A stretch of DNA of 64,000 bases, taken from the NCBI GenBank assembly GCA_963771415.1, contig CAVYTI010000011.1, forward strand, positions 303,501-367,500, given 5' to 3'. The stretch comes from an uncultured Acidobacteriota bacterium (GTDB taxonomy: Bacteria; Acidobacteriota; Vicinamibacteria; Vicinamibacterales; 2-12-FULL-66-21). The notes beneath the pieces are model-generated. The model ran no database searches. It worked only from the letters and a program-made list of their open reading frames with translations, and was not told the DNA's origin. The first letter of the stretch is position 1, and each line of letters opens with the position of its first letter. Position numbers and translations under genes: made by a program. Positions 56,995 to 64,000 of this stretch are shown piece by piece.

Positions 56995-59900
56995 GTGGCA
57001 TGGTGTTGTTCTGCTCGACCGATCTGGGCCCTGCTCGCGATTCTGGCGTTGGCCACGCCCGGCAGGCCACAGACACCCGCTCCCCAAATCGATCCCACGC
57101 TGTTCTCGGGTTTGCACTGGCGATCGATTGGCCCCAATCGCGGCGGCCGCTCGCAGGCGGTGGCCGGGTCTGACAGCCGCCCGCTCGAGTACTACTTCGG
57201 CGCCACCGGCGGCGGCCTGTGGAAAACTACCGACGGCGGCCAGACGTGGCGCGCTGTCTCCGACAAGTTCTTCAAGACGTCTTCGGTCGGAGCGGTCGCG
57301 GTCGCTCCCTCGAACGCCGACATCGTTTACGTCGGAATGGGGGAAACCGAGCTGCGAGGCAACATCATCCAGGGGGATGGCGTCTACAAATCCACCGACG
57401 GCGGAAAAACGTGGACGCACGTCGGTCTCGAACGAACGCAGACGGTCGCTCGTGTCCGCGTCCACCCGACGAACCCCGACGTCGTGTTCGTCGCGGCGCT
57501 CGGCGATCCGTACGGACCGAATCCCGAACGCGGTGTCTTCAAATCCAAGGACGGCGGCAAGTCCTGGGATCGGGTGCTGTTCCGCAACGACAAGACAGGC
57601 GCTGTCGATCTGGCGCTCGATCCGAAAAATCCTGACGTGCTCTACGCGGCGCTGTGGGAAGTCTTCCGAACACCTCACTCATTGTCCAGCGGCGGGGCGG
57701 GCAGCGGCCTGTTCAAGAGCGTGGACGGCGGCGCTCACTGGACGGAGCTCACCGGCCACGGCCTTCCAACAGCGCCGCTCGGAAAGATCGGCATCTCGGT
57801 CTCCGGCGCCGACTCGAACCGGATCTACGCCATCGTCGAAGCCAAGGCCGGCGGACTGTTCGTTTCCGACGATGCGGGCGCGAGCTGGAGGTTGGCGAAC
57901 GAGGATCGGCGTCTCCGGCAGCGGGCCTTCTACTACACCCGCATCTACGCCGACCCGCAGGTAAAGGACACGCTCTACGTCGTCAACACCGGCGTCTACC
58001 GGTCTACCGATGCCGCCAAGACCATCAAGAGCATCCGTGTTCCGCATGGCGACAACCACGATGTGTGGATTGCCTCGAACGATCCCAAGCGGCTGATCAA
58101 CGCCAATGATGGCGGCGCCAACGTGTCGGTGAACGGTGGTGAGACGTGGACCAGTCAGCGCTTTCCGACCGCACAGCTGTACAACGTGTTCACGACCGGG
58201 CACGTGCCGTATCACGTATGCGGCGCGCAGCAGGACAACACGACGGTGTGTGTCCCGAGTAATGGCACCGGTGACGACCTCTACGACGTCGGTGGCGGGG
58301 AGAGCGGATACATCGCCCCCGATCCGCTCGATGTCGACGTCTACTACGCGGGAAGCTACGGTGGGCTCCTGACGCGACTGAATCGGCGAACCGGGGAGAC
58401 GCGGGCGATCAATGTGTGGCCCGACAATCCAATGGGACACAACTCGGGCGACATGACCGAGCGGTTTCAGTGGACCTATCCGATCGTCATCGCTCCCACC
58501 GATCCCCATACTCTCTACGCCACGTCACAGCACGTCTGGAAGTCGACGAACGAGGGTCAGAGCTGGCAACGTATCAGCCCGGACCTCACCCGCCACGATG
58601 CGGCGACGATGGGGGACTCGGGCGGCCCGATTACCCTCGATCAGACCGGCGTCGAGACCTACGCCACCGTCTTTGCCCTGGCGCCTTCGTCGGTCGATGG
58701 CAAAGTGATCTGGTCGGGCTCGGACGATGGGCTCGTGCAGGTCACTCGCGATGGCGGGCAGAACTGGACCAACGTGACGCCGACGGACCTGCCGGCGTTC
58801 GCCCGCGTCAGCTTCATCGAGGCGTCGCCGCACGATCCGGCGACCGCCTATGTGGCCGCGAACCGGTATCAGCAGGCCGATCGCTCGCCGTACGTGTATC
58901 GCACGCATGATTTCGGGAAGTCGTGGACCAAGGTGGTCGCCGGCGTTCGGCCCGACGATTTCGCGCGAACGATCAAGGAGGATCCGAAGCGGAAAGGGCT
59001 GGTCTGGCTTGGCACCGAAACCGGGATCTATGTGTCGTTCGACGAGGCCGCGGACTGGCAGCCCTTCAGCCTCGATCTGCCGGTCACGCCTGTGCACGGC
59101 ATCACCGTCAAGAACGACGATTTGATCATTGCCACGCACGGTCGTGGGTTCTATGTCCTCGACAACATCAGCATGCTCCGCGAGGTTGTCGCGGCCACGG
59201 CGGATCAGCCGGTCGTGCTCTTCACGCCGGCGGACGCGATGCGATCGGTGTCGCGGGGCGTCGCGATCGACTATTTCCTGACCCAGCCCGCCGACGCGGT
59301 GTCGATCGAGATCCTCGACGCGCACGGCCAATCGATCCGGACGTTCAAGGGTGTGCCCGAAGAGCCCAAGACCGGCGCCGAGCCCGAGGCGCCGCCCAGC
59401 GACGACGACTCGCAGCGTCCGCCACCACCAAAGGTCAGCACCAAGAAGGGAGTCAATCGGTTCGTCTGGGACATGCGCTATCCCGATGCGCGAGACTTCA
59501 AGGGACTGATTTTCTGGGCCGGAAGCACCCGCGGTCCGGCGGCGCCGCCGGGGTCGTATCAGGCGCGGTTGACGGTCGGATCGCAAACGAAGAGCGTTCC
59601 ATTTGCCATCGTCCGCAATCCTCTCGGCCGCGCCTCGGACGCGGACCTGCAGGAGCAGTTCGGTCTCGCCAAGCAGATCAGCGATCGTGTGTCGGCGGCG
59701 AACGAGGCGGTCACGCGGATTCGCGGCGTGAAGGAGCAGATCGCCGATCGGCTCGCGAAGAAGAAGGACGCCCAGCTGACGCGCGACGGGGCGGCGCTGG
59801 CGGCGCGGCTGACGGACGTCGAGGGGGAGATCTATCAGTATCGCAATCGCAGCAGCCAGGATCCGCTGAACTTCCCGATCAAATTGAACAACAAGCTGGC

Positions 59901-60087
59901 GGCGCTGCAAGGCATTGTCGACAACGGGGATTCGAAACCGACCGACCAGTCGTATGCGGTGTTCAAGGACCTCTCGGCACAGCTCGATCGGCAGTTGACG
60001 CGCCTCGATGCCCTCCTGCAGAGCGACCTCACGGCCTTCAACAAAGCGCTTGCGGGGAAAAAGCTGCCTACGATCGCTCGACCGTGA
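56995..60087 (+). CDS. BNR/Asp-box repeat, sortilin/VPS10-like secreted glycosidase-like protein
   Basis: 1030 aa with a signal peptide. Repeated Asp-boxes include WKTTDGGQTW, YKSTDGGKTWTHV, FKSKDGGKSWDRV, FKSVDGGAHW, SDDAGASW, VNGGETW, STNEGQSW, TRDGGQNW and THDFGKSW. Confidence 0.85.
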   Translation: MAWCCSARPIWALLAILALATPGRPQTPAPQIDPTLFSGLHWRSIGPNRGGRSQAVAGSDSRPLEYYFGATGGGLWKTTDGGQTWRAVSDKFFKTSSVGAVAVAPSNADIVYVGMGETELRGNIIQGDGVYKSTDGGKTWTHVGLERTQTVARVRVHPTNPDVVFVAALGDPYGPNPERGVFKSKDGGKSWDRVLFRNDKTGAVDLALDPKNPDVLYAALWEVFRTPHSLSSGGAGSGLFKSVDGGAHWTELTGHGLPTAPLGKIGISVSGADSNRIYAIVEAKAGGLFVSDDAGASWRLANEDRRLRQRAFYYTRIYADPQVKDTLYVVNTGVYRSTDAAKTIKSIRVPHGDNHDVWIASNDPKRLINANDGGANVSVNGGETWTSQRFPTAQLYNVFTTGHVPYHVCGAQQDNTTVCVPSNGTGDDLYDVGGGESGYIAPDPLDVDVYYAGSYGGLLTRLNRRTGETRAINVWPDNPMGHNSGDMTERFQWTYPIVIAPTDPHTLYATSQHVWKSTNEGQSWQRISPDLTRHDAATMGDSGGPITLDQTGVETYATVFALAPSSVDGKVIWSGSDDGLVQVTRDGGQNWTNVTPTDLPAFARVSFIEASPHDPATAYVAANRYQQADRSPYVYRTHDFGKSWTKVVAGVRPDDFARTIKEDPKRKGLVWLGTETGIYVSFDEAADWQPFSLDLPVTPVHGITVKNDDLIIATHGRGFYVLDNISMLREVVAATADQPVVLFTPADAMRSVSRGVAIDYFLTQPADAVSIEILDAHGQSIRTFKGVPEEPKTGAEPEAPPSDDDSQRPPPPKVSTKKGVNRFVWDMRYPDARDFKGLIFWAGSTRGPAAPPGSYQARLTVGSQTKSVPFAIVRNPLGRASDADLQEQFGLAKQISDRVSAANEAVTRIRGVKEQIADRLAKKKDAQLTRDGAALAARLTDVEGEIYQYRNRSSQDPLNFPIKLNNKLAALQGIVDNGDSKPTDQSYAVFKDLSAQLDRQLTRLDALLQSDLTAFNKALAGKKLPTIARP

Positions 60088-60901
60088 CCTCGACCATCCC
60101 GACCGGCTCGTCGCGCGCGATGAAGAGATCGTTGTGCTCCATGTCCAGGAGATCGACCGGTCGGTAGGGCCGCTCCTGCAGCGTCAAGCTGACGACCGAA
60201 ATCTCCTGGTAGGTCGCCAGGATGACCTCGGCGATGGCGTAGAGCGTGTGCTGCACGGAGCGACTCGCATGCCAGGCGAATGTTTCGATGACGGCGCCGC
60301 GCACGCCCTGGCGGTACGGCAGGAAGGCGATGTCGCCCGAGGAGTAGGACCACCGGGCGGTCAGGGCGGCAATCAATAGTGGCTGGACGCCGTCGGTGTG
60401 GCCATCGTCGTGGACGCCTGCCTTGGCCGCGGCACCGAGGCCGGCGGTGCGGAGGAGCACCAGATTGTCGATCCCCGACGATACCGCCACCTGGCTGCCG
60501 TTGCTGGTGATGGAGGCGGTACGGCGTTCGGTGCCGCCGGGAGTGAACGCCTGGCCCTGTGATTTGCCACCAGGCTCGAGGCGGGCCCAGTAGCCCTCGG
60601 TCAGCTCGACTCGCGTCAGGCCGATGGTCGGATGACGCTCCATGATGCGATCGCAGATCGCCAGGCCGAGCCGCTCGATTTCCGCGTGGTCCTGCTCGGC
60701 GGCGACCCGGTGCACCAGATTCTTCACCGCCTCCCCCGGGGGGAGCCCGGCGGCGGCGCCGTGCCGGAACGCGTCGGCGAAATCCCCCTCGAAGCGCAGC
60801 GCGATCGTCAGGTCCTTGGGATCGTGACGATCGCCGTGGCGGAGGACGCGCAGGATTCGCAGGCGCGACTCGCCGTAGCTGCTCGAATGAATGTGCGGCA
60901 T
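60068..60901 (-). CDS. Urate oxidase (factor-independent urate hydroxylase, uricase)
   Basis: The N-terminus YGESRLRILRV matches the YGK..VR..RV pattern. The organisation is two T-fold halves. ...VLLRTAG and QHTLYAIAEVIL are present. The start is ATG 60901 or 60910. Confidence 0.8.
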   Translation of the reverse strand: MPHIHSSSYGESRLRILRVLRHGDRHDPKDLTIALRFEGDFADAFRHGAAAGLPPGEAVKNLVHRVAAEQDHAEIERLGLAICDRIMERHPTIGLTRVELTEGYWARLEPGGKSQGQAFTPGGTERRTASITSNGSQVAVSSGIDNLVLLRTAGLGAAAKAGVHDDGHTDGVQPLLIAALTARWSYSSGDIAFLPYRQGVRGAVIETFAWHASRSVQHTLYAIAEVILATYQEISVVSLTLQERPYRPVDLLDMEHNDLFIARDEPVGMVEVTVERS

Positions 60902-61428
60902 GCGGCCCATTGTATAATCCGGGGTTTTCTCGCAGCACGGATGACCCCGTCGCAGAGCGAGTCAGTTCGTTGAACGTTTCTCAGGCTCCGAGGCGGAAAC
61001 GGGACGCGCTGTGACGCGTTGAGATCTCGGAGTTGGTAGCGAGTTGTTAGATGACGTAAATCAAGATAGGTTCTCGAGTCTTGCGCGTATAGCGCAAAAC
61101 CTTCTCGAAGGAGAAGGCCAGGCCGTTCCCCATCAGAGTCGTCCGTGCAGAAGCCTTCGGCGCAGCCCTGGTCGCGCGGCTTCAGGCCGTTGGAGGCCAG
61201 CCGGTATTTAGGTCGATGCCTCGTCGGCGCCAAGAGTCCACCCGCCAGGTGACTATTTGCGCCGGCCGGAGTGTCAAGCTTCGGCACTCCGACGACCGAA
61301 TGTCACGGCTCTGGATACTTTTCGACCGAAATCGACTAACTGGGGCTCTAAAGGCAACCTTTCCTGGCAGAGGCAGGCTGCCGGCCCATGAATTGCTGGG
61401 CTAAGGTCAGGACAACAGCCGCACACCT

Positions 61429-62679
61429 ATGAACACAATTTTAGTTGCGACGTCGAAAAAGGTCTTGAAGGGTCGGATCCTGGCCATCGAGCCGGACCCC
61501 ATGCGGTCCCGGAATCTTCGGGAGCTGCTCGGGGCACACGTCGATGGCCACGTCGAAGTGGTCGCTTCGACAGAGGGAGCCATGCGCTGCATCGGGCGAC
61601 AGCTACCCGACGTCGTGCTCACATCGTCGTTTCTGCCTCCTTCTGACGAGGCCGCGCTGACCGAGCATTTGAAGTCGCTGCCGGCGGCGGCCCATGTGCA
61701 GGTGATCATTACCCCGCATTTCATCGATTCGCAGGAAGCGGCTCGACCCAGCAGGTCGCCAATGTTCGGTCTCCGCGCGCGGCGACCGTCGCAGGTCAGG
61801 CCCGCGTGCGATGCCGACACCTTCATTCGTCAGATCGAGGACTACATTGAGCAAGCCCAGACGCACGCGCGTCTGGCCAACGACCAGGAACTCCGCGCGG
61901 CACTCGACACTGCGCCGGAACTCTCGATCGCGTCAGGCAAGCCCGAGATGCGGCTCGTGAAGGCGGTACCCGCAGATGTCGAGGCGATCGGACGGACGCT
62001 GAGGCCGCCGACGACCCAACTCGGTCGAGGGAACGCGCGTGATCGCCGTCGTGAAACGCGGCGTCGGCGACAGGACCTACCGAGGCTCTGGTCGGCGAGG
62101 CTCTCCTCGGGAACCGAGTTGGAGCTCGTAGATCTCTCGCAGCGCGGCGTCCTGGTCGAAACGACATCGCGCATGACCCTGGGCAGCACACTCGATCTGC
62201 AGTTTGTCGGGCACAACACCGACATCAGTATCCCGGCGCGCGTCCTGAGGAGCGACATCGCAACGGTCGACGGCCTCGGTGTGAAGTACCGCGTCGCGGC
62301 GCAGTTCAAGCGCGATCTGAATCTGCTGGATTACCTGACCGGCGCCTCGGACTCACACACGACGCCCGCGGCGCTGGCGGACGTGCTCGCGCGGGCACTG
62401 GCCGATGTCGAGCGACGCTCCCCGTCCGCATCGCTCGGGCGTTTCGAGGAGGAGCTTCGGAACCTGCTGCCCGTCCGCGCTATTCAGATTCGCCAGTCGC
62501 CGCTCGTTTCGAATGACGAGTCCATCTGTTTCGACGTCCCCGGAGGAACAGGCTCCCCGGTTCTTCAGGCCACGTTCCATGCGGACAATCCTCCGGCCGC
62601 GTCGGACCTCAAGCTGCTCAAGGCGGCCGCGCATCTGGCGGCCGCGGTTCTCGAGTACGCGCCTTTGCCCGAGAAGTAA
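61429..62679 (+). CDS. Pseudo-receiver + PilZ (c-di-GMP-binding type) domain protein with uncharacterised C-terminal domain
   Basis: 416 aa. The N-terminal REC-like fold (RILAIEPDP...PDVVLTSSFLPP...VQVIITPHF) lacks the phospho-acceptor Asp, which is replaced by Thr/Ser. The PilZ motifs are RRETRRRRQ (RxxxR) and VDLSQRGVLVET (DxSxxG). Confidence 0.7.
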   Translation: MNTILVATSKKVLKGRILAIEPDPMRSRNLRELLGAHVDGHVEVVASTEGAMRCIGRQLPDVVLTSSFLPPSDEAALTEHLKSLPAAAHVQVIITPHFIDSQEAARPSRSPMFGLRARRPSQVRPACDADTFIRQIEDYIEQAQTHARLANDQELRAALDTAPELSIASGKPEMRLVKAVPADVEAIGRTLRPPTTQLGRGNARDRRRETRRRRQDLPRLWSARLSSGTELELVDLSQRGVLVETTSRMTLGSTLDLQFVGHNTDISIPARVLRSDIATVDGLGVKYRVAAQFKRDLNLLDYLTGASDSHTTPAALADVLARALADVERRSPSASLGRFEEELRNLLPVRAIQIRQSPLVSNDESICFDVPGGTGSPVLQATFHADNPPAASDLKLLKAAAHLAAAVLEYAPLPEK

Positions 62680-62747
62680 CACGTGCGCCTGGTGAGACAT
62701 GAGGCTGTGTCTCAAAAACGTCCAGGATGTCTCATTTTAGAAATCTC

Positions 62748-62805
62748 TAGAACTTCATAGAACTGAAGGGAATCTGGCTTGAAATTAGTGGGTACCCGTA
62801 GAACT
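62748..62805 (+). promoter_or_regulatory. Three direct TAGAACT repeats (62748, 62758, 62799) in the AT-rich region upstream of tadE; candidate regulator sites
   Basis: Read directly. Spacings of 10 bp and 41 bp keep the sites on one helical face. Confidence 0.3.
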
Positions 62806-63003
62806 GCAATTTTGGGTGCTGCCATTTGGAACACTTGGGTTGGACTTCACACAGCCTGCCTGACGTGTTTTTCGCCAGTAAGGCTATAGAGATCAATCTC
62901 TTACAGGTGTCGGCGGCGGCCGGCACATCCGTTGCGAGAGTGACGCATGTGCCGCCGCTGGCCGTGCGGCGCAACGAAGGACGCAGGCCCCAGGAGAACC
63001 AAG

Positions 63004-63507
63004 ATGTTGCTGCAAAATGTGGTTTCGGACGCTCGAACATCATCGGGTAGAGGCGGAGGCGGACGCCGTTCACGGCTCCTCGCTGAGCGCGGCCAGGCGC
63101 TACTCGAAACGGCGTTGACGTTGCCGCTCGTCCTGCTCGTGTCGATCAGCGTGTTCGAGTTCGGCCGCGCGTACCAGACGTCTCAGGTGATCACGAATGC
63201 CGCGCGCGAGGGAGCGCGGGTCGCGATTCTCCCGAATGCCACGGCTGCCGATGTGCAGTCGCGGGTGGTCGCGTACCTCCGAAGCGGCCAGCTCGGGAAT
63301 CCCAACAGCGCGACCGTCGGCGTTCAACTGAACGCGGCGATGTCGATCGGTGCCGCGACCGCGTCGGCATCGACCGTCACGGTCAGTTACCCGTTTTCAT
63401 TCATGGTGCTCAACCCCGTGGCGAATCTGGTGATGGGCGGCGGCCCATCGTTGGGGGCGCCAATCACGCTCACATCGACAGCGCAGATGCGCAACGAGGC
63501 ACAGTAG
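63004..63507 (+). CDS. tadE: TadE-like pilus assembly/minor pilin protein
   Basis: ATG 63004 follows AGGAGA. ERGQALLETALTLPLVLLVSISVFEFGRAYQTSQVITNAAREGARVA is the TadE N-terminal signature. Confidence 0.8.
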   Translation: MLLQNVVSDARTSSGRGGGGRRSRLLAERGQALLETALTLPLVLLVSISVFEFGRAYQTSQVITNAAREGARVAILPNATAADVQSRVVAYLRSGQLGNPNSATVGVQLNAAMSIGAATASASTVTVSYPFSFMVLNPVANLVMGGGPSLGAPITLTSTAQMRNEAQ

Positions 63508-63566
63508 CCATGGCACGCACCGTCCTCCTTGCAGACACTCGCGACGCAAAAGGACAAGAGACCTCC

Positions 63567-64000
63567 ATGATCGAGCGCCTACGACGGGTTCGACACGATG
63601 AGCGTGGCTTCTCACTGGTCACGGTCGGATTTGGCTTCATGGCGGTGATGTCGGCCACCATGCTGGCAATTGATGTCGGCATGCTGATGACCGCGCGGAC
63701 GCAGGCGCAGACGGCTGCCGATGCCGGGGCGCTCGCCGGCGCTACGGCTCTGGCATTCAACGATTTCACGAACCATTCCGCCACGGGTCCCGCAGTGACC
63801 GGCGCGATCAACACGGCCCACGCGAATCAGGTCGCGGGAGGGCAGGTGTCGGTGACTGCCGATGATGTGACCTTCCCGCCGAATCCTGCGACCGGCCGCT
63901 CGGATCAGGTGCAGGTCACGGTGTATCGCTCCACGGCGCGAGGAAACCCGGTACCGACGCTGATAGCCCAAATCTTCGGCATCAACACGGTGGACATTTC
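63567..64000 (+). CDS. TadG-like (Flp pilus-assembly, pfam Tad-type) protein, 5' part; runs off the right window edge
   Basis: My translation is MIERLRRVRHDERGFSLVTVGFGFMAVMSATMLAIDVGMLMTARTQAQTAADAGALAGATAL... This is the typical TadG N-terminus (ERG...aiD.g......lq.aaDaaALAga). The in-frame ATG at 63510 is an alternative start. It is not in the ORF track because the frame is open-ended. Confidence 0.7.
   Translation, partial: MIERLRRVRHDERGFSLVTVGFGFMAVMSATMLAIDVGMLMTARTQAQTAADAGALAGATALAFNDFTNHSATGPAVTGAINTAHANQVAGGQVSVTADDVTFPPNPATGRSDQVQVTVYRSTARGNPVPTLIAQIFGINTVDI

Noticed and set aside
61081-61117. c-di-GMP (GEMM-I-like) riboswitch upstream of the PilZ gene, suggested by GCGCAAAACC followed by a CCTTCTC-GAAG-GAGAAGG hairpin
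   Set aside because: The loop is not GNRA and the second conserved ACGCAAAGC element and its P3 helix are absent. Only two adjacent perfect hairpins remain (TTGCGC-GTATA-GCGCAA and CCTTCTC-GAAG-GAGAAGG), and their function is unknown.
62694-62713. Hairpin GAGACA-N8-TGTCTC after the PilZ gene as an intrinsic terminator
   Set aside because: On the coding strand it is followed by an A-run rather than a T-run, and the stem is only 6 bp.
62826-63050. Flp pilin gene upstream of tadE (FFASKAIEINLLQVSAAAG resembles G-ATAIEYGLI)
   Set aside because: There is no Gly cleavage motif. The segment after the IE..LL motif is polar rather than a hydrophobic helix, the ORF overlaps the tadE start, and it has no RBS. 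At best it is a decayed remnant.
1-64000. tRNA, rRNA, tmRNA, RNase P, IS elements, integrases, prophage genes
   Set aside because: I did not recognise any while reading the intergenic regions and ORFs. Detecting tRNA and ncRNA by eye is unreliable, so tRNAscan-SE and Infernal should be run to confirm their absence.

Overview
High-GC bacterial chromosomal segment. The gene content looks Acidobacteriota-like, which is an inference: four MacB/FtsX 'ADOP'-type permeases, PadR/ArsR/TetR regulators, PEP-CTERM proteins, a TPR Ser/Thr kinase, a BNR/sortilin-like protein and four ECF sigma factors. By eye I found no rRNA, tRNA, CRISPR array, transposase or integrase. Most long ORFs in the six-frame track are GC-driven shadow frames. 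I kept about 55 coding calls supported by recognisable motifs, start and RBS context, and operon logic. Three of them are missing from the track: a 53-aa micro-ORF at 1427, a 49-aa membrane micro-protein at 56646, and genes open at both window edges. The best candidate for a new system is at 1427-6182. It is a translationally coupled micro-ORF, a Rad50/SbcC/RloC-like zinc-hook ABC ATPase with a possible anticodon-nuclease-like tail and a C-terminal Zn ribbon, and a Ser/Thr kinase with a TPR sensor starting 12 nt downstream. Other items worth a second look:
- a minus-strand sigma / YCII / sigma / hybrid kinase / REC-RsbW-like kinase cluster (35.8-42.5 kb)
- a 5-unit 36-40 bp tandem repeat that duplicates the start of a secreted-protein gene (44.2 kb)
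- structured intergenic repeats (41.1 kb, 56.3 kb)
- a type III PKS-ICMT pair
- a pseudo-receiver-PilZ gene in front of tad pilus genes
- gene debris (a phoA with an internal deletion, permease and PEP-CTERM fragments, a vapC relic)

At least 13 single-base frame disruptions sit in otherwise well-conserved genes, 10 of them between 30.9 and 38.3 kb. Sequencing indels are the simplest explanation and this needs read-level checking.
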